From the NCBI GenBank assembly GCA_947631495.1, contig CANRLO010000001.1, positions 33,060-97,059 on the forward strand: a stretch of DNA of 64,000 nt, read 5' to 3'. Made by a program: the position numbers and the translations under genes. Of the stretch, positions 19,008 through 27,949 are shown piece by piece (the first letter of the stretch is position 1; the number at the start of each line of letters is the position of its first letter). Origin of the DNA: an uncultured Clostridia bacterium. GTDB taxonomy: Bacteria; Bacillota; Clostridia; TANB77; CAG-508. The notes beneath the pieces are model-generated. The model did not search any database and was not told the DNA's origin. It saw nothing but the letters and a program-made list of their open reading frames with translations.

Positions 19008-19769
19008 ATGATTTATATTACAGGCGACACACATGCAGATTTTTCAAGATTTAATGAGGCCAAATTCCCTATACAAACTGAAATGACTAAAGATGATTAT
19101 GTAATTATCTGTGGAGATTTTGGTGGAGTATGGAATTATATAGTTGAAAGTATGTATGAGAAATATTGGTTAGATTGGTTAAATGAAAGAAATTTTACTA
19201 CTTTATTTGTTGATGGAAATCATGAGAATTTTGAAAGATTATACAGATATCCAGTAGAAGAATGGCATGGAGGAAAAGTACATAAAATAAGAGAATCTGT
19301 TTTACATTTAATGCGTGGAGAAGTATTTGATATAGATAATAATAAATTCTTTACTTTTGGTGGAGCAAAATCACATGATATAAATGATGGAATATTAAAT
19401 TTAGATGAAGTAGAAAAAATATATGAATATCGTAAAAGAGGAGCTTATTTTAGAATAAGAGATTATTCATGGTGGGATTTAGAATTACCTACAGAAGAAG
19501 AAATGAAAAATGGAATAAAAAATTTAGAAAAGGTAAATTATAAAGTTGATTATATTATTACTCATTGTTGTCCTACAAGTATACAAACATTACTAAATCC
19601 ATCATATGAAAAAGATATTCTAACAGATTATTTACAAGAAATATCAGAAAAATGTGAATTTAAAAAGTGGTATTTTGGACATTATCATGATAATAAACAA
19701 GTGAACAATCAATATGTTTTATTATATGAAGATATAATTCCTTTGAAATTTAAGAGTATATTTGAGTAA
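19008..19769 (+). CDS. Calcineurin-like metallophosphoesterase
   Basis: GDTHADF, ICGDFGG and DGNHENF motifs. Confidence 0.8.
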   Translation: MIYITGDTHADFSRFNEAKFPIQTEMTKDDYVIICGDFGGVWNYIVESMYEKYWLDWLNERNFTTLFVDGNHENFERLYRYPVEEWHGGKVHKIRESVLHLMRGEVFDIDNNKFFTFGGAKSHDINDGILNLDEVEKIYEYRKRGAYFRIRDYSWWDLELPTEEEMKNGIKNLEKVNYKVDYIITHCCPTSIQTLLNPSYEKDILTDYLQEISEKCEFKKWYFGHYHDNKQVNNQYVLLYEDIIPLKFKSIFE

Positions 19770-19893
19770 AAAATACGTATAACATATTATATATCATAAA
19801 AGTGAAATAGTATTAACAGCATAAAGAACAGGTTTACATTCAGACTTATTTAAAAAAATAAATGTAAAAATTATAAAGTGCAATTTTAGCATC

Positions 19894-19918
19894 TTAAAGT
19901 GCAAAAATTGCACTTTAA
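19894..19918. promoter_or_regulatory. Operator-like perfect palindrome
   Basis: TTAAAGTGCAA-AAA-TTGCACTTTAA, plus an extra half-site AAAGTGCAA at 19875-19883, about 75 nt upstream of a consensus promoter. Confidence 0.3.
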
Positions 19919-19991
19919 AAAATATTATTAGCATATTTAATTTGAAAAAAATTAATAAAAATCAAAAGTTTTTTCATAATTTTGAAAAAAC

Positions 19992-20020
19992 TTGACTATA
20001 ATAATATAAAAGAGTATAAT
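19992..20020 (+). promoter_or_regulatory. Consensus sigma-A promoter
   Basis: TTGACT, 17 nt spacer, TATAAT, 22 nt before the GGAGGAG RBS of 20043. Confidence 0.55.
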
Positions 20021-20042
20021 AAAAATAGTTGGAGGAGATTTT

Positions 20043-21269
20043 ATGGAGAGAATAAAAAGAGAAGATTATTTATCTATATTAAAAAACTTCAAAGATCAAC
20101 AAATTATAAAAGTAATAACAGGAATTAGAAGATGTGGTAAGTCTACCTTATTAGAATTATTTCAAGACTATTTAAGAGAAAATGGAGTAGAAGAGAATCA
20201 AATTATATCAATCAATTTTGAAAATGCAGATTATGAAGATTTACAAGATAGAAAAAAGTTATATGAATACTTAAAATCAAAATTAGTAAAAGGTAAAAAA
20301 ACATATATATTTTTAGATGAAATTCAAAAAGTTGTTGAATTTGAAAAAACAGTAGATAGTCTTTTTATCAATAAAGATGTAGATTTGTATATAACTGGTT
20401 CAAATGCGTGGCTTTTATCGTCAGAACTCGCAACATTACTTACAGGAAGATATATAGAAATAAAAATGTTACCTCTATCATTTAAAGAATATTTGTCAGC
20501 ATTTGAAGATAAAACAGATTTATCAAGAAAATTTAGAAATTATTTACAATATAGCTCATTTCCACAAGCTATAGAATTATTTAAAATAAATCCAGAAAAT
20601 ATTAATTTGTTTTTAGATGGAATATATAATACAATTTTATTTAAGGATGTAATGCAAAGAAAAGGAATAACAGATAAAAATACTTTAGAAAGAGTAACTA
20701 AGTATTTGTATGATAACATAGGAAACAGAACAAGTATGAAAAACATAAGTGACAACATAGAAGGATTAGAAAAAAATAATTCATATAACACAGTTTCTAC
20801 TTATGTTCAGTCATTAATAGATAGTTATATTGTATATAAAGCAAATAGATACGATATAAAAGGAAAAGAATTTTTAAAAACTCAAGAAAAATATTATGCA
20901 GTAGATATAGGACTTAGATATTATATGTTAGGACAAGGCTCTGGTAAAGATATGGGACATATATTAGAAAATGTAGTCTATCTTGAATTATTAAGACGAG
21001 GGTATGAAGTTTATATTGGAAAATATGATGATTTAGAAGTGGATTTTGTGGCAAAAAATTCAGAAAATACAATCTATTATCAAGTAGCATTAAGTACAAG
21101 GGGAACTACTGATGAAAATGATAGCATATTAGAAAGAGAATTAGCACCATTAAAGAAGATAAATGATAATTATCCTAAATATATATTAACTTTAGATGAT
21201 GACTTGGATGCTGATTTTGATGGAATAAAGAAGATAAATGTATTAGATTGGCTACTTAAGAATAAATAA
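20043..21269 (+). CDS. AAA_14 + DUF4143 family ATPase
   Basis: Walker A GIRRCGKSTLL, Walker B YIFLDEIQKV, C-terminal DUF4143-like region YAVDIGLRYY. Confidence 0.8.
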   Translation: MERIKREDYLSILKNFKDQQIIKVITGIRRCGKSTLLELFQDYLRENGVEENQIISINFENADYEDLQDRKKLYEYLKSKLVKGKKTYIFLDEIQKVVEFEKTVDSLFINKDVDLYITGSNAWLLSSELATLLTGRYIEIKMLPLSFKEYLSAFEDKTDLSRKFRNYLQYSSFPQAIELFKINPENINLFLDGIYNTILFKDVMQRKGITDKNTLERVTKYLYDNIGNRTSMKNISDNIEGLEKNNSYNTVSTYVQSLIDSYIVYKANRYDIKGKEFLKTQEKYYAVDIGLRYYMLGQGSGKDMGHILENVVYLELLRRGYEVYIGKYDDLEVDFVAKNSENTIYYQVALSTRGTTDENDSILERELAPLKKINDNYPKYILTLDDDLDADFDGIKKINVLDWLLKNK

Positions 21270-21305
21270 TGTATAATATATGCATTAAGAAAGGGTGAAA
21301 AATAC

Positions 21306-23645
21306 TTGTTAGAAGAATTAAGTAAAAATGAACTAATACAAATGATTCAAAAATTAGAAAAAGAAAATAAAGAATTAAAAGAAAAAATATATGGAAAAAT
21401 AGAAGAAACTCAACAAGTTTATTCCCAAAAAAATATTTCAAACGAAGAAAAAGTTAAAATTTTTATGGAAGTATTTAAAGGAAGAACAGATTTATATGCG
21501 AAAAGATGGACAAGCAATAAAACTGGAAAATCAGGATATTCTCCAGTTTGCAAAAACGAATTTAATACATATAAATGTGACAAGTCAAGAGTTAAATGTA
21601 GCGAATGTATTAATAGAGAACTTATGCCATTAACAGAAGATATTATACTGAAACATTTAAAAGGAGAAATAACAATAGGAATATATCCATTGTTATTAGG
21701 AGATTTATGCAACTTTTTAGCGATAGATTTTGACAAGAAAACATATGAAAAAGATGTAATAGCATTTTGGAACATATGTGATGAATTAAATATACCAATA
21801 TATGTAGAAAGATCTCGTTCAGGAAATGGTGCACATGTGTGGATATTTTTTGAAGAAAGTGTACCAGCAAAAATTGCTAGAAAAATGGGCAATATATTAC
21901 TTACAAAAACAATGGAGAAAGAATCACTAGATTTAGATTCATATGATAGACTATTCCCAAATCAAGATACAATGCCAAAAGGTGGATTCGGAAATTTAAT
22001 AGCATTGCCATTTCAAGGAGAAAGTAGCAAAAATGGAAATACAATGTTTGTAAATAAATATTTTGAAGTAGAAAAAAATCAAATAGGTATATTAACTAAT
22101 ATAAAAAGGATGAGAACAGAAGAAATACAGTCATTTATTGACATGTATAAAGATGACGATTACCAAGAACCAGATACAGAAGAATTATTAAATGATGATG
22201 AAATTCCTAAAAAAGATAATATAAAAGAAACAATATTTTCTAATAATGTAGAATGTATATTTGATAATCAAATATATGTAAAAAAATTAAAATTATTACC
22301 AAATGAAATAACATATTTAAAAAGATTGGCGAGTTTTACAAACCCACAGTTTTATGAAAAGCAAAAACTTAGATTACCTGTTTATAATATACCAAGAATA
22401 ATAAGCTGTTTTGAAGAAGATGAAAGATTTCTAAAATTACCTAGAGGATGCATGGAAAAAATACAAGAAATATGTGAAAAAAGTAATGTTAAATTAATTG
22501 TTAAAGATACAAGAGAAGAAGGAAGTAAAATAGATCATGAATTTAATGGAAAGCTAAATAAAAAACAAGAGAAAGTAATGGAAGAATTATTAAAATATAA
22601 TATAGGTATATTGTGTGCTGCTACTGGATTTGGAAAAACTGTAATAAGTGCTAAAATTATCTCAAAGTTAAAAATAAATACACTTATTTTAGTTAATAGA
22701 AATAATCTTTTAGAGCAATGGAAAGATAGATTGTCTTATTTTCTAAATATAAACAAAAAGGAAATAGGACAAATAGGAGCAGGTAAGGAAACTTTAAATG
22801 GAAAAATAGATATAGCAAGTTTTCAATCTTTAGCTAGAAAAGATAATTTGGAAGACTTAGTTAAAGATTATGGTCTAGTTATTGTAGACGAATGTCATCA
22901 TGTAGCTTCATATAATTTTGAAAAAGTATTAAAAGCTATAAGAAGTAAATATGTGTATGGTTTGACTGCAACTCCAACGAGAAAAGATGGGTGGCATAAG
23001 ATTATTTATATGCAATGTGGTGAGATAAGAGCTAGAGTAAGTAGCAGAGAATTAAAACAAAACAAGGAAATGGAACATATAGTGATAGTACAAAAAACTA
23101 ACTATAAATATATTAGTCAAGAGGAAAATGAAAAAATACAGATATCAGATATTCTTAATGATATGTGTAATAATGTTTTTAGAAATAGTTTAATAATAGA
23201 AGATATAAAGAGATGCATTCAAGATGGAAGAATTCCGATTGTACTTACAGAAAGAATTGAACACTTGAAGTTATTAAAAAAAGGTTTAGAAAGTTTAAAT
23301 ATACCTATTATAATATATAAAGGAAAGATGGGAAAAAAGCAAACAAAAGAGCTAGAAGAGAGTTTAAAAGTAGCAGATGAGAATAATAATCCTAGAATAA
23401 TATTAGCTACAAGCAGTTCAATAGGAGAAGGTTTTGATGATAGCAGATTAGATACACTATTTTTAACAATGCCGGTTTCTTGGAAAGGAAGAATTATACA
23501 ATATGTAGGTAGACTTCATAGGGAACATGAAGATAAACAAAAAGTAATAGTCTATGATTATCTAGATAATATGAAAGTTTTAAAAAAAATGTATGAAAGA
23601 CGATTAAAAGGGTATAAAATTTCAGGATATACTATATTGGATTAG
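21306..23645 (+). CDS. Archaeo-eukaryotic primase (prim-pol)-like domain fused to an SF2 DEAH helicase
   Basis: TTG start. AEP motifs LAIDFDKK (DxD), SRSGNGAHVWIFF (sGxGxH) and a Cys cluster CKNEF..C..CSEC. Helicase motifs AATGFGKT, VDECHH, TATP, QYVGRLHR. Confidence 0.75.
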   Translation: MLEELSKNELIQMIQKLEKENKELKEKIYGKIEETQQVYSQKNISNEEKVKIFMEVFKGRTDLYAKRWTSNKTGKSGYSPVCKNEFNTYKCDKSRVKCSECINRELMPLTEDIILKHLKGEITIGIYPLLLGDLCNFLAIDFDKKTYEKDVIAFWNICDELNIPIYVERSRSGNGAHVWIFFEESVPAKIARKMGNILLTKTMEKESLDLDSYDRLFPNQDTMPKGGFGNLIALPFQGESSKNGNTMFVNKYFEVEKNQIGILTNIKRMRTEEIQSFIDMYKDDDYQEPDTEELLNDDEIPKKDNIKETIFSNNVECIFDNQIYVKKLKLLPNEITYLKRLASFTNPQFYEKQKLRLPVYNIPRIISCFEEDERFLKLPRGCMEKIQEICEKSNVKLIVKDTREEGSKIDHEFNGKLNKKQEKVMEELLKYNIGILCAATGFGKTVISAKIISKLKINTLILVNRNNLLEQWKDRLSYFLNINKKEIGQIGAGKETLNGKIDIASFQSLARKDNLEDLVKDYGLVIVDECHHVASYNFEKVLKAIRSKYVYGLTATPTRKDGWHKIIYMQCGEIRARVSSRELKQNKEMEHIVIVQKTNYKYISQEENEKIQISDILNDMCNNVFRNSLIIEDIKRCIQDGRIPIVLTERIEHLKLLKKGLESLNIPIIIYKGKMGKKQTKELEESLKVADENNNPRIILATSSSIGEGFDDSRLDTLFLTMPVSWKGRIIQYVGRLHREHEDKQKVIVYDYLDNMKVLKKMYERRLKGYKISGYTILD

Positions 23646-23797
23646 GTTTAAAAAATATTTACTATATCAAAAGATTATATGAATTTATATTAGAAAGAAC
23701 AGACATGAAACCAATTTGGATAAAAAAATAAAATTCTGCAGAGATTTCTGCAGAGCTCTGTAGTGAATTCTTCAGAAATCCGGAAAAATTAACAGAA

Positions 23798-23832
23798 ACT
23801 AATACAGGAAGAAAAAGACTTCCTGTATTAGT
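23798..23832. terminator. Hairpin between convergent genes
   Basis: 14-bp arms ACTAATACAGGAAG / CTTCCTGTATTAGT, loop AAAAAGA, T-rich 3' flank. Confidence 0.6.
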
Positions 23833-23833
23833 T

Positions 23834-24124
23834 TTATTCTTCAAAACATCCCGTAATTATCTCCACCCCATTGCAAAATCCATTCCTATAAAACTTTTCA
23901 TTCCAATACTCAAGATAATCATTAAAAGCCTTATCAAGAACTTCAAAATTCATTTTAATACAATCTTGTTTATCTTCAGGAACAGCCTTTAAAACTTCAT
24001 TCATAATAGTATCAAAATAATGGCAATACTCCTTATCAGCATCATCAAAGGTAGAAATACTATCTTTCCTAATCTCTATAAATTCTTTTAAAATATCATC
24101 ATTAACTTCTCTTAAATTATTCAT
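23834..24124 (-). CDS. Small acidic protein (96 aa), island-end paralogue 2
   Basis: GGAGG RBS. C-terminus FNDYLEYWNEKFYRNGFCNGVEIITGC is paralogous to 18272-18562. Confidence 0.6.
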   Translation of the reverse strand: MNNLREVNDDILKEFIEIRKDSISTFDDADKEYCHYFDTIMNEVLKAVPEDKQDCIKMNFEVLDKAFNDYLEYWNEKFYRNGFCNGVEIITGCFEE

Positions 24125-24232
24125 AACAAAATACCTCCATGAATTAAAAAATAGTTGGGCTCAATTTGGGCACACCAAACATACCAACAAAAACCGACAG
24201 AAGCCTTGTAAGCCAACACTTTGAAAGATTTA

Positions 24233-24266
24233 CTCATAACCCCAAAATCATAAGTTTGAGCTTTAC
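24233..24266 (+). repeat. Degenerate direct copy of tRNA-fMet positions 32-65
   Basis: CTCATAACCCcAAaaTCaTAAGTTtGAGctTTAC matches 4859-4892 at 27/34 by hand count, in the same orientation. Confidence 0.55.
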
Positions 24267-24544
24267 TACTGTAGCCAGTAAAATAAAAGGTTCTATTAAT
24301 TAACTAAAACCAAATTTTATAATTTATTCCGAAACTACCATTATATCTAGAAGGTATAGAAATATTGTTTTATTTCCAATAATTCTTCCATATCCAATTA
24401 ATTTAGTATCATCATATACACATAATAAATATAATGTATTTTTAATTAATATTTTCAAAATATAACAAGAATTGACAAGAAAACACAAATTTATATTTTA
24501 ATAATAAAAAATATATGATAGAATATAACAAGGAGGAGATAGAA

Positions 24545-25300
24545 ATGGTAACACACATTCAAAAAGGGCATCCAGAAGAAGTAAAAAACAAAAGAACAAT
24601 GAGAATAAAAGAAGCAATCAGCTTCTCAACTGGAACAAAAGAAGAGCCAGATATGCATATTATTGGAGAAGTGAATGGTAATAAAATATTTTTCTTAAAG
24701 CCCGGGAAAGAATTCTTTAGAGAGAAAAAAAGAAATATAAATGACATGACACCTTGTGTAGGCAATTTATATGAAAAATACTCTTTTGGAGATATATGGA
24801 AAGATATGTTAAACCTTTCTGTCCACATAAATGAAGAGACGTATAAACAATTAAATGTCTTAATATATCGATTAGCATATTTAATGGATTGTACAATAAT
24901 AGATAAAAAAGTAAGATACCAGCCAGAAGGTGAGGTTCTTGAAACAATAAATAAAATACAAAATGAAATTGATACTGCTGGTTATCAATTTAAAGTATTA
25001 GAATTTTTGAATTTTATAGATATTTTAAGTTGGAATGAAGATGTAAAATACCAATCAGATTGCCTATTTGAAAAGGAAAGAGAAAAGGTAGGAAGAATCA
25101 ACACCATCTTAAGTTTAATTTCAATACCATTAATATTTAAACAATTTGTTGATGAAATTATAAAAAACAAGCAATCTTTAGAAAAATTAAATTATTCATT
25201 ATTAGTAGATGTTGCGCAAAACTTTTCTAGAACTAGAGGAGTGCATCCAATATCAAATAAGCAATTAATTCAATATTTGAGTCCATATTTAAGTGAATAA
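24545..25300 (+). CDS. Hypothetical protein (251 aa), possible partner of the adjacent methyltransferase
   Basis: Start moved to the ATG at 24545 behind AGGAGG, because TGATAGAAT at 24516-24524 would sit inside the longer ORF. No confident motif. Confidence 0.55.
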   Translation: MVTHIQKGHPEEVKNKRTMRIKEAISFSTGTKEEPDMHIIGEVNGNKIFFLKPGKEFFREKKRNINDMTPCVGNLYEKYSFGDIWKDMLNLSVHINEETYKQLNVLIYRLAYLMDCTIIDKKVRYQPEGEVLETINKIQNEIDTAGYQFKVLEFLNFIDILSWNEDVKYQSDCLFEKEREKVGRINTILSLISIPLIFKQFVDEIIKNKQSLEKLNYSLLVDVAQNFSRTRGVHPISNKQLIQYLSPYLSE

Positions 25301-25313
25301 AAGAAGAAAACTA

Positions 25314-25342
25314 TTGACAACAAACAAATGTTTATATATAAT
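25314..25342 (+). promoter_or_regulatory. Consensus sigma-A promoter of the methyltransferase gene
   Basis: TTGACA, 17 nt spacer, TATAAT. Confidence 0.5.
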
Positions 25343-25395
25343 AATAAAAAACAAAAGAATAATATAAAATAATAACAAAAAGGAGTATTACATAA

Positions 25396-26595
25396 ATGAT
25401 AGAAAAAACAGTTTGTGAATTATTTGCAGGGGTTGGAGGATTTAGATTAGGACTAGAAAAAGAAAATCCAGAATGGAATACTGTATGGGCCAATCAATGG
25501 GAACCAGGAAAGAAAAATCAATATGCATTCGATTGCTATGTATCACATTTTGGTGAAAGTGAAAACTATGTTAATGAAGATATTGCAAATGTAGATAAAA
25601 ATATTATTCCAGAACACAATCTATTAGTAGGAGGATTTCCTTGCCAAGACTATTCAGTAGCAAGAACAGGGGCAGAAGGAATCGATGGAAAAAAGGGAGT
25701 ACTATGGTGGCAAATTAGAGATATATTAGAAAAAAAGCAACCTAAATTTGTACTATTAGAAAATGTTGATAGATTATTGAAATCACCAGCAAAGCAGAGA
25801 GGGAGAGACTTTGGTGTTATATTAGCATGCTTTAATAATTTAGGATATAGTGTTGAATGGAGAGTTATAAATGCAGCAGATTATGGATTTGCCCAAAAAA
25901 GAAGAAGAACATTCATATATGCAACGAAAAATAACACTACTTATTACAATTCAATAAAAAATAAAAGCTTTGAAGAAATTATTCATAAAGACGGTTTTTT
26001 TGCCAAAGAATTTAAAATACAAGAGAATACAAAAGGAATTGTGCAAGAATTCAAATATAAAGATATATATGAAGTATCAGATAATTTTAAAATGGTATTT
26101 GAAAACGCAGGAATTATGAAAGATAATCAGATATATACAGAAAAAGTAGAACCTAAATATATTGAACCAACAAAATTAAGAGAAGTACTGGAAGAAGATG
26201 CAGATAAAAAATATTATGTAGTAGGAAATATAGAAAAATGGAAAGAATTAAAAGGTCCTAAAAAAATTAATAGAGTAAGCAAAACAGGATTTAAATATGT
26301 CTTTTCAGAAGGTGGCATGTCATTTCCAGATGCATTAGATAGACCAGCTAGAACTATGCTAACAAGCGAATCTAGCGTTAATAGGAGTTCTCATATTATA
26401 GAAGATCCAAAGAAAAAAGAATTAAGAATATTAACTCCAATAGAAGCAGAGAGGATAAATGGATTTGATGACAACTGGACAAATACAGGAATGCCAGAAA
26501 AATTTAGATATTTCTGTATGGGAAATGCCTTAGTAGTTGGATTAATAGAAAAAATGGCAAATAGATTAGATGAGATATTTGCACAAGAAAATTAA
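25396..26595 (+). CDS. DNA (cytosine-5) methyltransferase, intact
   Basis: Motifs I ELFAGVGGF, IV GGFPCQDYS, VI LENV, VIII QKRRRTFI, X GNALVVGL. Confidence 0.9.
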   Translation: MIEKTVCELFAGVGGFRLGLEKENPEWNTVWANQWEPGKKNQYAFDCYVSHFGESENYVNEDIANVDKNIIPEHNLLVGGFPCQDYSVARTGAEGIDGKKGVLWWQIRDILEKKQPKFVLLENVDRLLKSPAKQRGRDFGVILACFNNLGYSVEWRVINAADYGFAQKRRRTFIYATKNNTTYYNSIKNKSFEEIIHKDGFFAKEFKIQENTKGIVQEFKYKDIYEVSDNFKMVFENAGIMKDNQIYTEKVEPKYIEPTKLREVLEEDADKKYYVVGNIEKWKELKGPKKINRVSKTGFKYVFSEGGMSFPDALDRPARTMLTSESSVNRSSHIIEDPKKKELRILTPIEAERINGFDDNWTNTGMPEKFRYFCMGNALVVGLIEKMANRLDEIFAQEN

Positions 26596-26652
26596 GTAGA
26601 AATTTCTAAAAAATACAAATTCTATTCAATAAATTAAAGCAAGGAGGATTTC

Positions 26653-27222
26653 ATGAAAATAATATTAGCATCAAAATCACCAAGAAGAAAAGAATTATTA
26701 GACTTATTAAACCTAGAATATGAAATAAAAGTAAGCGATGTCGACGAAACATTAGAACCAAACTTAAGCATACAAGAGCAAGCCAAAAGGCTATCGTACA
26801 TAAAAGCAAAAACAGTCTTTGAACAAACCTCAGGTGATAGAATTGTAATAGGTTCAGATACCATGGTAATCAAAAACAACAAAATATATGGAAAGCCAAA
26901 AAATGAAGAAGACGCATTTCATATGCTAGAGCAATTAAAAAATACAAAACATGATGTCATTACAGGGCTAGCAATATTGGTAGAAAAGGATGGAAAATAT
27001 GAAGAGCATATTACCTATGACATGGCAGAAGTTTATTTTAAAGATATGTCAAAAGAAGAAATAGAAAAATGGCTTAAAACAGGAAAAGCAATGGACAAAG
27101 CAGGAGCTTATGCAGTACAAGGGGAATTTATGGTATTCATTGAAAAAATAAATGGAAATTATTCTACGGTAATGGGACTTCCAATACATAAAGTTTATGA
27201 TATTCTAAAGAAAATAATATAA
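26653..27222 (+). CDS. maf: Maf-like nucleoside triphosphate pyrophosphatase
   Basis: IILASKSPRRKELL ... GSDTMV ... DKAGAYAVQG. Confidence 0.9.
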   Translation: MKIILASKSPRRKELLDLLNLEYEIKVSDVDETLEPNLSIQEQAKRLSYIKAKTVFEQTSGDRIVIGSDTMVIKNNKIYGKPKNEEDAFHMLEQLKNTKHDVITGLAILVEKDGKYEEHITYDMAEVYFKDMSKEEIEKWLKTGKAMDKAGAYAVQGEFMVFIEKINGNYSTVMGLPIHKVYDILKKII

Positions 27223-27288
27223 AAAAAGAAGGCATAGTTTGAAAAAAAGTATGCCTTTAAATAAAGAGAGAAAGGAATTAAATTTATT

Positions 27289-27681
27289 ATGAATTATGAA
27301 AGAGCATGTGGATGCATTATCATTCGTGAAAATAAAGTGCTATTAGTCCAACACAATGCAGGGCATTGGGATTTCCCAAAAGGGCATATAGAAGAAAATG
27401 AAACAGAAATACAAACTGCAATAAGAGAAGTAAAAGAAGAAACAAATATTGATGCTATAGTACAAGAAAATAAAAGGTATGTAAGTGAATATTACACAAA
27501 AGAAGATACTTTTAAACAAGTCATCTTCTTTCTTGCTACTTGCAAAGAAACAGCAACAAAAAAGCAAGAAGCGGAAATACAAAATATAGAATGGCTTCCA
27601 TTTGAAGAAGCAATAGAAAGAATTACTTACTCTAATTCAAAAGAAATATTAAAGCAAGTAATAAATGAAATCAAACAATAA
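27289..27681 (+). CDS. NUDIX hydrolase
   Basis: Nudix box GHIEENETEIQTAIREVKEETNI. Confidence 0.88.
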   Translation: MNYERACGCIIIRENKVLLVQHNAGHWDFPKGHIEENETEIQTAIREVKEETNIDAIVQENKRYVSEYYTKEDTFKQVIFFLATCKETATKKQEAEIQNIEWLPFEEAIERITYSNSKEILKQVINEIKQ

Positions 27682-27949
27682 TTAGAAAAAATATTTAAGT
27701 AGATACTTTTAAAAATATCAATTTCATCTATACTATTTAGTACAAAGAATTTTTTGTAGAACAAAGTCAATATTTGACGATGAAAAATGCTTGCAATACG
27801 AGAGAAAACATGATATACATAATATAGTTTTATGTAACTTAAATTTAAAAATAAAAGAAAATTAAATAATAACAAAATAAAAAACAAAAATAAAAAAGTT
27901 ACAAAGTAAAACTAAAAAATAAAATATTTCAAAAAGAAAAGAGGAAATC

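Larger units (their letters stand above)
4904..26600. mobile_element. tRNA-fMet-anchored genomic (defence-type) island array, no recombinase visible
   Basis: The block lies between the tRNA and maf and is subdivided by direct partial tRNA copies at 18729-18759 and 24233-24266. Cargo is nucleases, ATPases and methyltransferases only. Confidence 0.6.

Noticed and set aside
21419-21892. 157-aa minus-strand ORF inside the AEP-helicase gene.
   Set aside because: It lies antisense to the AEP catalytic motifs and has no independent signal.
23662-23844. 60-aa minus-strand ORF between the helicase and the 96-aa gene.
   Set aside because: It is built from the hairpin and palindrome-rich terminator spacer (CAGAGCTCTG, ACTAATACAGGAAG/CTTCCTGTATTAGT) and overlaps the neighbouring gene's stop.
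4904-26652. Integrase, recombinase, transposase or excisionase expected next to the tRNA att sites.
   Set aside because: All ORFs of 60 aa or more on both strands were read, and none shows tyrosine-recombinase (R..H..R..Y), serine-recombinase or DDE features. Absence is reported as a finding rather than forcing a call.
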